Below are positions 13,979 through 24,140 of a stretch of DNA of 64,000 nt, one piece after another. The position numbers were made by a program, and so were the translations under genes. The DNA is from Eledone cirrhosa (taxonomy: Eukaryota). Positions within the stretch are counted from its first letter, which is position 1, and the number at the start of each line of letters is the position of its first letter. The stretch is from contig OZ024754.1 of NCBI GenBank assembly GCA_964016885.1, positions 8,556,001 to 8,620,000 of the forward strand, written 5' to 3'. Under the pieces are notes generated by a model. That model was not told where the DNA came from and did not search any database. It worked only from the letters and a program-made list of their open reading frames with translations.

Positions 13979-14449
13979 ATAGATAGATATAGGGTCTGTT
14001 TACAACATGAAATTGGAAGAACCTTGGAGTTCCCTTCAAATACTAAGCCTCACTTTCACTAAGGATCTCTCATGTCTAACGTACATTCCTAAACATAACT
14101 GTAACTTCTTTTAACAGGCTAACCCTTCTCTTCGGCATCGTTGAATAAGGATTAAATTATGTCCAAGGCAAATAGAAGAAAATAATGTATATAGGAACGT
14201 TGGAACTTCCCTCTAACGATTTTTGAGGGAAGCTGACATATTCGAAACATTGCTGGCGGTGATCGGTGCTGGCTAAGTCGTGGATTAACCAAGTATCTTC
14301 ACTAGGAGCATCAACTGATACGCGTATGCATATAAGTATATATATATATATAAATGAAGTATTTCCGTCGGAAAGGTACAGGAAAAAAGAGTGCTCTATG
14401 TAGGCTACAGAGCTTATTAGTTATGTAATAAACAACATAACATAATTAT

Positions 14450-14510
14450 TTCATTTACCAATGGTTTCTTGAAGGTAGATGTTATGTCTGTCTTCAGTCG
14501 TCAGAATGAA
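14450..14510 (-). ncRNA. Type I hammerhead ribozyme motif (left arm of palindrome)
   Basis: Reverse complement reads TTCATT-CTGACGA-CTGAAG..CTTCAA-GAAA-CCATTGG-T-A-AATGAA. Confidence 0.7.
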
Positions 14511-14569
14511 TAAATAACATGGTGTTTTTATTAAATATTAGATATTTAATAAAAACACCATGTTATTTA

Positions 14570-14630
14570 TTCATTCTGACGACTGAAGACAGACATAACA
14601 TCTGGCTTCAAGAAACCATTGGTAAATGAA
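14570..14630 (+). ncRNA. Type I hammerhead ribozyme motif (right arm of palindrome)
   Basis: Stem I TTCATT/AATGAA, core CTGACGA 14576-82, stem II TGAAG..AGA/TCT..CTTCA, GAAA 14612-15, stem III ACCA/TGGT, cleavage triplet GUA. Confidence 0.75.
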
Positions 14631-14660
14631 ATAATTATGTTATGTTGTTTATTACATAAC

Positions 14661-14714
<54 letters not shown>

Positions 14715-15104
14715 AATACAAACAATAGACCGCGTACGTGTGTATGTAACCATGGTGCCAATCTCTGGTGCTGGTGACATGATGAATTACTCCCAGTACT
14801 ATCGAGTGTGACTCGTCATAATACGGATATTTGTGGGAATCTTTTATTTTTTTCATTGTGGGTTCTATCAAATAATTTTAATTTGATTAAGAATAATAAT
14901 GATTATGTTATTTGTTTTAGTTTATTTTGTTTATCTCGGATATGGGGAAAAAAACAAGAATCACTGAGAGTGGCATGTTTTATGGGGTTTCTAACTCTAA
15001 AACTAGGGTAAATGGTAAAACACTCGAATCTCTAATCGATTATTAACACTCCCGCTTTTCTAATTCATTCAATTGCTGTTAATGTATGTTTTTATTAATT
15101 TTAA

Positions 15105-15462
15105 GAGGTTGTAAACCTTTTTGATTTCCATGTGTCTAACACACGTGGACATGCCCACAAAGTCAGAAAACAGCACAGTTCCCATGACTTTCGTAAACAT
15201 TTTTTCACGCTCAGAGTTGCTGAAGCATGGAACAAACTACCTGCATCAGTTGTTAGCTGTCGAGACACTGCATCCTTTAAGGCCTCCATGCTTCCCGAGA
15301 TCCGCCAACACTACAGCTAATGTTCCCTCTCCATACACATACCCACATGTATACCATGACTCATACACTATTCACTTCCCTGACATTTGTGTATTATTCT
15401 ATGTACTATACATACACCTTTGACGAGTTGTAGTGCACCTGAGCACTTTACACAATAATTTC
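15105..15462 (+). mobile_element. CR1 LINE 3' end
   Basis: NTRGHAHKVRKQ..RKHFFTLRVAEAWNKLPASVV..SFK; inverted partial copies at ~16440-16635 and ~18850-18995. Confidence 0.85.
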
Positions 15463-15689
15463 ATCGAATTCGGTGATTATCTCCCCTTGATTACATTTGA
15501 ACCAAATATCTGCACTCACGCATTATCTTCCGATGCCCAGTTTTTCTCTCACGTCACCCGGGGTTCGTCGTTCAATTACTCGTAAGTTACACATCCAGCG
15601 GTATGTGTTCGATTCCTACACGACATACACACACACATATGTACATATATATATATATATATATATATAATAGTAATAATAATTGTTTC

Positions 15690-15872
15690 TACTTTTTGGC
15701 ACAAGGCCAGCAATTACCCAGTGCATTAGCATTACTGGTACTTTATTTTATCGGCCCCGTAAAGATGAAAGGCAAAGTTAACCTCGGCGGGATTTGAACT
15801 CAGATCATAAAGGGACGTAACTCTATGCTTCAAAGCATGGTGTCCGACTCTCTACCGATACTGCCAATCCAA
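15690..15872 (-). mobile_element. SINE family B
   Basis: Reverse complement of the family B consensus (GGATTTGAACTC; TTTTATCGGCCCCGTAAAGATGAAAGGC). Confidence 0.8.
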
Positions 15873-16067
15873 TAATAAATGTGAAGACTCAAATCCAAAG
15901 AGGGCTCGATAAGGATAAATATACATCAAATACATAAGAAGTCTAGAGCAAATATTTATTAAAATAACAGATTAAAGTTTAAGAAGGTCCCGTTAAGGGT
16001 GAAAGCAGCGATTCTTTGCTTAAACTTTAATCTGTTATTTTAATACATATATATATGTATATATATA

Positions 16068-16390
16068 TCATCATCATAATTTTACGTCTGCTTTTCCCTG
16101 CTTGCAAGGGTGGGACGGGTCCTATTCAGCACAGCATCTCTCCAGTTGTCACAGTCCTTCGTCATCTCCTCCGTGAGTTTCATCAATCTGAGGTCTACTC
16201 TCACCACCTCCGCTCATGTTTTTCGTGGTCTACCTCGTCTGCGTTTTCCTTCTACTGGGATTTCTTGGCACTTCTTTACCCAGCGGTCATCCTCCATGCA
16301 CATCACATGTCCATACCATCTCAGTCTGCTCTCCTGCACACCACAACTTATCCCTCTTATACTCAGTTTCTTTCTCAACTCGTCTATATA
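16068..16390 (-). mobile_element. RTE LINE 3' end (likely partner of SINE family A)
   Basis: RLRWYGHVMCMEDDRWVKKCQEIPVEGKRRRGRPRKT, 3' UTR and (TGA)n tail; further copies at ~17130-17290 and 49400-49845. Confidence 0.85.
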
Positions 16391-16807
16391 TCCCTTGTCA
16401 ATGTTTGATATGTTTATTTCATATATGTATATAATAATAATAATGAAATTATTGTGTAAAGTGCTCAGGTGCACTACAACTTGTCAAAGGTGCATGTATA
16501 GTACATAGAATAATACACAAATGTCAGGGAAGTGAATAGTGTATGAGTCATGATATACACGTGTGTATGTGTATGGAGAGGGAACATTAGGTGTAGTGTT
16601 GGCGAATCTCAGGAAGCATGGAGGTTTTAAAGAATGCAATCGACCTTTGATTAAATTCATAGCAAAAGAGCTTCAAATGTTTTCCATAAGCATCCCGTAT
16701 ATTATTCAATATATAGTACGTATATTTATATATATATATTGCCATGTCAGAGGACTGGTTTTCTGCCTATAGTAGAAATCATTATTATGTTGTTTTTTTT
16801 TCTATAG

Positions 16808-17023
16808 AAGAACCTTTCAACTCTGAACAAGTACAGAATTTAGTGTTTAATGTAAGTTGTCAACCTCTTAATGAAACAATAACCCGTGTGGAATTGGTTC
16901 TGTCTTCATGTTCTTCAATGACCGATCCACTGGATTCCAATAGATCTTCCCAACCTAATGAAGGTATATCAGATATTAATGTGACAGTCTCCATGGTGAT
17001 GAATGAATCACAACCAGTTGACA
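16808..17023 (+). CDS. TGF-beta/BMP-GDF family ligand, exon 2 (prodomain)
   Basis: Polypyrimidine tract plus TAG acceptor; LVFNVSCQPLNETITRVELVL matches prodomain motif F(N/D)xS..E.I..AEL; donor A|GTAAGT, phase 1/1. Confidence 0.85.
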
Positions 17024-17078
17024 GTAAGTAGTATATTTTGTCATCATCTTCATCTTCATCTTCCTCATGAACAACAGC

Positions 17079-17110
<32 letters not shown>

Positions 17111-17539
17111 CTACATCGTTGTCATCATCATCATCATCATCATCATCATTTTAGATCTACTTTTCCCTGCTTGCAAGAGTGGAACAGGTCCTCTTCAGCA
17201 CAGCATCTCTCCATTCGTCATGGCCCCTCGTTATCTCCTCTGTGAGCTTCAGTGATATGAGGTCAGCTGTCACCACCCCCGCCCATGTTTTGTGGTCTTT
17301 ATGTTCTTATTAGTGGATTGGCAGAATCAGCCCTGCATATGCTGACAAAAAGACAAAAGAAAAAAAAAGAAAGATATAAAATAATTTAAAAAAACTAGAA
17401 GCATTTGTATTTGTAAAATGTGTTCAGATGGTTCCAGAAAATAGAAAACTTAGTGAAGAGAGGAGAAAAATTCAATTTTCATTATATAACTGTTATCAAT
17501 AATTGAAGTTGTGAACTCAGATATAACATTTTGAGAGGA

Positions 17540-17766
17540 AGATAGTTCAATACCAGGACCTGACTGACCCCTTCCTCTTTGTGTCGGTCCCTGTCGAGAC
17601 TTCTGGTGTCCTTGGTCACTGCACTGCTGATTTCCTCTGTAAAATTGGGAAGATGGTGACTCAGTTGAAGAGGGAGCCCCATGAGGTAGGGTGGCTGTTG
17701 CAGCAGGTGTCTTTGGTCATTCTCCGCAATAAAACCTTTACCATTTTATCCATGGGTTGCAGCTGA
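17540..17766 (+). mobile_element. CRE-clade (RLE-type) non-LTR retrotransposon C-terminal remnant
   Basis: FVSVPVETSGVLG..FLCKIGK..REPHEVGWLLQQVSLVILRNK resembles the CRE motif F.P.AVET.G..G..LFQR.S..IQRGN. Confidence 0.6.
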
Positions 17767-17945
17767 GGCACCACTCAGACTGTGTGTACTATCTGTCCCT
17801 CCAACTCTCCCTTTCTTTTATTCCTTAATTCTTTTTTTCTTTTCATCTTTTTATTTCCGTTTCCATTTGTGTTTTTATATCAACATCTTTGTAAACTAAA
17901 AAGCCAGTATCATTGAATTACCTATTTTTTGTTTTATATTTCCAG

Positions 17946-18628
17946 GTGTTTTTTCCTATGTTCCTCTGAGAAGCAATATTTCCTTCTATGTAATGAATGT
18001 CACTGATATGGTTTTACAAAGCTTTGCTCTCAAGCAGACCATTTTAAACTTTACTATTCAATCTGCTTTTTTGCTAAATCTCAAAAATTATTCCTGTTTG
18101 TTTGATAGAAACAAAGGAAAGCGCCCACTGTTGGTTATTTATGAAAACATTGAACCATTTAACATAAGCAGTCCGAATCTTCGCAAGAAACGCCGTGTAG
18201 TGTCCGAGTCAGAATTAGCTTTAGGAGCAACTACAGTACGAAGCACAACAATGAAGATGAGCCAGAGTATGAATGCAAATACACCATCATCAACTTCTGA
18301 ACCAGTTCAAGTGAAATGCCACCTAACATCTTGGTATGTTAGCTTTGCTGAGATTGGCTGGCATAATATCATTTATGCACCAATAGGATACAACGCTAAC
18401 TATTGCTCTGGAAGATGTCCAGTAAACTTGGAACAAATCAATGCAACTAATCATGCACTAATGCGCAGCAAATATACAATTGTTGCAGGGCTTGACCCTA
18501 ATATACCAGAACCGTTTTGTATTCCAGTACAAATGAGTCCATTGACTGTTCTTTACCGAAACAAATTTAATGTAACCATAACAAAAAGGTTTGTTGACAT
18601 GGTGGCTCTCCAGTGTGCGTGTTTGTAA
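17946..18628 (+). CDS. TGF-beta/BMP-GDF family ligand, exon 3 (end of prodomain, furin site, mature cystine knot)
   Basis: CCAG acceptor in phase; RPLLVIY; RKKRR; C..WYVSFAEIGW..APIGYNANYCSGRCP..ATNHA..PFCIP..DMVALQCAC. Spliced CDS is 1290 nt = 429 aa + stop. Confidence 0.95.
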
Positions 18629-18997
18629 AATATTTCATTGATGCACTACCTACTATTCCTGCAATATCTAGAGTTCAAATCCCGCCAAGGTTAACTTTGC
18701 CTTTCATCCTTACGGGGTCGATAAAATAAAGTACCAGTAATACACTGGGATAATTGCTGGCCTTGTGCCAAAAATAGAAACAATATCTAATACTGTAGCA
18801 GTACTAGGTAATCTAACAGTAGTAATACTAGGCACTGTAGTAATGTGTGCGTGTGTGTGGAGGGGGGGGGGCATCAGGTGTAGTGTTGGCGGATTTCAGG
18901 AAGCATGAGGTTTTAAAGGATGCAGTGTCTCGACAGCTGATAACTGATGCAGGTAGTTTGTTCCATGCTTCAGCAACTCTGAGCATGAAAAAATGAC

Positions 18998-19557
18998 TAA
19001 CCTTTGTTGAGAACACATGATATACACTGTTATGTATGACTTACCTTTGTTGAGAACATATATACACTGTTATATAGGGCTTACCTTTGTTGAGAACACA
19101 TGATATACACTGTTATGTAGGACTTACCTTTGTTGAGAACACATATACACTGTTATATAGGGCTTACCTTTGTTGAGAACACATGATATACACTGTTATG
19201 TAGGACTTACCTTTGTTGAGAACACATATACACTGTTATATAGGGCTTACCTTTGTTGAGAACACATGATATACACTGTTATGTAGGACTTACCTTTGTT
19301 GAGAACACATATACACTGTTATATAGGGCTTACCTTTGTTGAGAACACATGATATACACTGTTATGTAAGACTTACCTTTGTTGAGAACACATGATATAC
19401 ACTGTTATGTAGGACTTACTTTTGTTGAGAACTCATGATATACACTGTTATGTAGGACTTACCTTTGTTGAGAACACATGATATACACTGTTATGTAGGA
19501 CTTACCTTTGTTGAGAACACATGATATACACTGTTCTGTAGGACTTACCTTTGTTGA
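18998..19557. repeat. Minisatellite of 43/40-bp units (~13-14)
   Basis: CTTACCTTTGTTGAGAACACAT(GAT)ATACACTGTTAT.TAGG; TTACCTTTG recurs at 19041, 19081, 19124, 19164, 19207... Confidence 0.95.
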
Positions 19558-19769
19558 AATACCAATGGGAATATTGCTGTTTCTACCCATTGTCTGAAGT
19601 GAGAGTCTGTTGACAACTACACCGCTCTGTTTGTGTGGTGTCTCTTTTGGGAGATGAGAGCAGAATGAAATGATGAAGCTAGTTATATCAGATAAACTCT
19701 ATCTAGCCAAAAATATCAACATGTAGTCACCTTAACCTACTTTGTCAACATGAAAGTAAAAGTTCAAAT

Positions 19770-20217
19770 TACTGCTACACTGTGACCAGCTAGACAAATT
19801 ATATGCAGTGATCCACCAGAAGCATCCAGCACTTGCTAATCAAAAGAGTAGTATCATTTGTCATGACAATGCCAACACAACAGAAGTTACTGGTGCTTGG
19901 CTGAGAAGTTTTGCTGAACCCTCTATATTCAACCAATCTTGTGCCTTCACTTTCCCACCTGTTTCGACCTCTTCAAAGATCATTGAATGGACTGACCTTC
20001 AACTCTAAAAGTGATGTAAAAATTCACCTGGAAGAGTTTTTTGCCAGTAAAGGTAGGAAATTCTTTTAGCAGAGAATAATGGATCTGCTCACAAGATAGC
20101 AGAAGATACTGGAACGAAACGGTGATTATATCGATGATTGAATAAATAGCTTTGTGTTTAAAACTTGGGTTTTATTTTCACTTAAAAAACCTAACGGATG
20201 TTTTGGCCAACCCAGTA
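19770..20217 (+). mobile_element. Degenerate mariner (DD34D) transposase C-terminus plus right TIR
   Basis: HDNA, degraded PLYSTNLVPS..HLFRPLQ, EEFFASK, ERNGDYI; ends TTGGCCAACCCAG-TA. Confidence 0.8.
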
Positions 20218-20516
20218 TATACGGACCACTGAATTAATTTACCTCGACAGAGAAAATAAAACTTTGTAAATAAATAAAACTAGGAAAAGTAAGATTTCAA
20301 TTACAATGTTTCAAGGGACACAACTCTTATTCTTTAAAAATATATTTATTTTATTAACTCTTTAGCATTTACATTACTCTATATATACTACTGAATTTTC
20401 GCAGAAAAGGTTTTATCTTACATAATATCTCAGATAATATTGAATCTATGAGATTTTGATATTATTTATTTTGAGAACAATACCTTAACCATACCTGTGC
20501 CCCTCTTAACCATCAA

Positions 20517-20567
20517 GGCTTCCTGATGATTTCTCCCGAATGAAACAGTTCTAGTCCTGTAGAAGCC
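20517..20567 (+). ncRNA. Type I hammerhead ribozyme motif (best-formed copy)
   Basis: GGCTTC-CTGATGA-T-TTC-TCCC-GAA-T-GAAA-CAG-TTCTAGTC-CTG-T-A-GAAGCC: 6-bp stem I, stem II, 4-bp stem III, GUA triplet. Confidence 0.8.
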
Positions 20568-21159
20568 ATTTCTATATAAAATATATATTTATATTTATAT
20601 ATATAACCAAATAAAGAGATATACGTATATACAGAGAGAGAAAGAGTCATATATCTTACAAGAAACACAGTATATTGTATATATACCAAATACATATTCT
20701 ACAGAATGTGTACACAGGTGGAATCATATGTGAAACCTTATAGCGCTATTTCATATCTGGAGAGTATGGCTAAAAATCGATCTATGTAATCGATCATCAG
20801 GAAAAAAAATCAATCAAGATCATCGAAGATAAACTATTGATTATACTTAAGCCACATAGTTATTACGGCAGATAAAGTCTATAGAGTTTGCTTATTGAGA
20901 AACACAAAATTCTAAACATATTTGATAGGTTTTGATTCATTATTTGTATATATATATATATAATTCAGATATCTATATATATATCATCATTGATTAACGT
21001 CTATCATCCATGCTAGCATGGATTAGATGGGTCCTATTTTGAGGCAAGTTGTGTCGGGTGACCATGTCTTGCTCATATAGGGGTGTTTCTGGCTGGTTTT
21101 CTATGGCTGGATACCCTTCCTAATGCCAACCACATTGACAGTGTGTGTGTATCATCATC

Positions 21160-21468
21160 ATATCATCATCATTTTTACGTCCGCTTTTCCCTGCTTGCAA
21201 GGGTGGGACGGGAACTGATTCTGGCTGGATTTCTACAGCTGGATGCCCTTCCTAACACCAACCTCATTTACAGTGAGTGCTGGGTGCTTTTATTGCCGTG
21301 GCACCTCCACGACCACTTTGTAGTGGAATGATAGGGACCCCAGTCCCTATCATCTCATTTCTACAGCTAAGTAAACTGGAGCAATGTGAAATAAAGTGTC
21401 TTGCTCAAGGAAACAACACATCACCCGGTCTGAGAATTGAACTCACAACCTTTCGATTGCAAGGCCAA
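21160..21468 (-). mobile_element. SINE family A; its 5' end is displaced to ~21520-21536 by a (TA)n-rich insert
   Basis: Reverse complement of 5471-5818. Confidence 0.9.
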
Positions 21469-21959
21469 GTATATATACACCAGAAATTATATATATATAT
21501 ATATATATATATACATAGTGAGCCATGTGCCTCCATATATATATATATATATATGATGATTTATAAGCGCCCACCTAAATATATTCTTACATGAATATAT
21601 ATTAGGCTTCTACATAAACTGGAAATATTCTCCCAACTTGTAGAAAACTTATAATGAAACAATTGTTTGGAAAGAGAGATATACTTTAACTTTAATTATA
21701 TCTCATAAAATAATACAACTGGTTTTTCCACATTATACATATTGTTAGCACCCCAAACACTTAAATTGGGTTTATATTTAAATATAACCTAATGTTTGTT
21801 GAGTGAGATGGTTACCAGTCAGAGTTTAGCTTTAAACTATCTCTGTTATTGTATTAATTATATATATATATATATATATATAATTTCTGGTGTAGGTACA
21901 ATAACAGTAACCTAGAGGAAGGGGAACATCAATTGAGTAGGGGACTGCACTAGGGATTC

Positions 21960-22190
21960 CTAAACCCTATCTTTGAGTTCTTCTGACAACCCAGAATAGG
22001 ATGTGTATGTAGATATAATTGTGATCATTGTTCTATTTAGGACTAATCTGAGTTTAAAGATTCTCACGTTTACTCTATTTACAGAGATTACCTTATCTAC
22101 CCATTTGTCAGCTAACAAGATGCCTACTCCCACCCACCCCAGTCCATTGTCATTTCCCAACCAGAAAAATTGTAGCACTGTGTTTTGCCT
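21960..22190 (-). mobile_element. RTE LINE AP-endonuclease fragment
   Basis: FFWLGNDNGLGWVGVGILLADKWVDKVISVNRVNVRIFKLRLVL..TIISTY. Confidence 0.75.
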
Positions 22191-22281
22191 ACAAGGTTGA
22201 AATACTCTAGCTACATTGAAATAACTGTAGATCTATAAATAAATAATAATAATCTTTGGTCTTATTGAATTTTGAATCATA

Positions 22282-22460
22282 TATATAATAAACAACACAA
22301 TATAATTATTCCATTCCCAAAAGTTTCAGGAAACTAGACGATCCTTACAGAAACGTCCAGCTCGTTCATCAGATGAACGAGCTGGGCGTTTCTGTTGGGA
22401 TAGTCTAGTCTCCTGAAACCTTTGGTAATGGAATAATTATATTGTGTTGTTTATTATATA
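22282..22460. repeat. 179-bp palindrome of two overlapping hammerhead-like motifs
   Basis: Axis at 22371 (TTCATC-A-GATGAA); arms end in AATAATTATATTGTGTTGTTTATTATATA, similar to the 14417-14663 palindrome. Confidence 0.8.
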
Positions 22461-23393
22461 ATTAAATAGCTCTGTACTATACTTAACACACACATACAGA
22501 AAAAGTTTAACGTATTGGGTTTAAGCCCTTCTTCAAGAGTACAAAATAGAGACAGGATCACAATGGAGAAACAGAAAAGGCAGTTTCCTATGGTGCCATG
22601 ATGTAGTGGAGTTAAATATGGAACCAAGTAGTTCCAAAGTGAACTAGTTAAGCACACTGTCATGTCTTCTGCAGTTTAGTTATAACCATTTCACAATCAC
22701 TGATATCATCAATGAACTAAATTTACCTCAATGATTACAACAAGTAGTAAGTTAGAAAGATTAATAGTTATATCTCAAGTTATACTTTATTTACTTTATA
22801 CATTGTGTACAATCTAGCTGAAGAGTATAATAAAGTTTTATCTGTATATATTTGACATATTTACATTTCTTCTTCGCTCACTTATTCCTGAGACGGTGGT
22901 GGGGGCAGAGTCTTTAAACACTCCTTCCAGTGGGTCCTCTCAGAAGTAACCATCTCCAACTGATATGTGATCCGGCCAGCTGGATCCCCAAGATTGACCA
23001 GCCAAGCTCATGGATGTTATCCAACCATCTTGCTCAGGGTCTACCCCTGGGTCTCCTGCCAGTTAGTTTTGCCAGAGCTGCAGATCTGTCCAACGGTCCT
23101 TTCTGGAGATAGCATCAGAGCTGTGATCTCTCATTTGTTTACATCCATATATACTAAATATATGTAAATTTATCTCTTTATAAATAACAATCAAAGAGTG
23201 TTTAAAACATTTAATGCTGATCGTTTCATCCTAGCACAAGGCCGAAATATTGGAATATATAATAAATCTTGTCATAAGAACTCTATTGTCGTAAGAACAT
23301 TAGGAGGATACATAATACAGGAAGAATAAGTATCCTCCTAATGTTCTTATGACAAACTTCTGATATTATATTTGTGTTTCAACCTTTATTATA

Positions 23394-23440
23394 TACTCTG
23401 ATGATTCCAGCCTTGTGCTAGGATGAAACGATAGTTAGTG
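23394..23440 (+). ncRNA. Type I hammerhead ribozyme motif within a nested inverted repeat (23178-23480)
   Basis: TACT-CTGATGA-T-TCCAGC-CTTGT-GCTAGGA-T-GAAA-CGATAG-T-T-AGTG. Confidence 0.65.
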
Positions 23441-23577
23441 ATTAAATGTTTTAAACACTCTTTGATTGTTGTCTATAAAGTATTTCAGCTCTGTAATATA
23501 CTTGTTATTTTACATTGAGCTATTCTCATACTTGTAATTGGATAATATTTAATATTACCCACATTATATATATATAT

Positions 23578-24069
23578 CATCATCATCATCATCGATTAAC
23601 GTCCATCTTCCACACTAGCTTGGGTTAGACGGGTCCAATTTTAGACAAATGTTGTCGGGTGACCATGTCTCGCTCATATAGGGGTGTTTCTGGCTGGTTT
23701 TCTATGGCTGGATGTTCATTCTATCGCCAACTACATTTACAGTGTGGGCTGGGTGCTTTTTGCTGTGTCTTTTACACGTCCACTTTACAGTGTGGACTGG
23801 GTGCTTTTTGCTGTGTCTTTTACACGTCCACTTTACAGTGTGGGCTGGGTGCTTTTTGCTGTGTCTTTTACACGCCCACTTTACAGTGTGGACTGGGTGC
23901 TTTTTGCTGTGTCTTTTACACGTCCACTTTACAGTGTGGGCTGGGTGCTTTTTGGTGTGTCTTTTACACGTCCACTTTACAGTGTGGACTGGGTGCTTTT
24001 TGCTGTGTCTTTTACACGTCCACTTTACAGTGTGGACTGGGTGCTTTTTGCCGTGTCTTTTACACGTCC

Positions 24070-24074
<5 letters not shown>
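23578..24074 (-). mobile_element. SINE-A-related copy with ~7 x 48-bp internal tandem repeat (23735-24074)
   Basis: (CAT)n tail, TTTCTATGGCTGGATG, then ACTTTACAGTGTGGACTGGGTGCTTTTTGCTGTGTCTTTTACACGTCC x7. Confidence 0.85.

Positions 24075-24137
<63 letters not shown>

Positions 24138-24140
<3 letters not shown>

Larger units (their letters stand above)
13095..15110. repeat. Long diverged inverted repeat (arms ~13095-13420 and ~14795-15110)
   Basis: CGAGTGTTTTACCATTTACCCT vs AGGGTAAATGGTAAAACACTCG; CCACTCTCAGTGA vs TCACTGAGAGTGG; ATGACGGGTCACACTCGAT vs ATCGAGTGTGACTCGTCAT. Confidence 0.8.

Noticed and set aside
17993-18628. Assigning a specific symbol (BMP2/4, Nodal, GDF9, Lefty) to the TGF-beta ligand
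   Set aside because: Too divergent to call orthology by eye; needs a phylogeny
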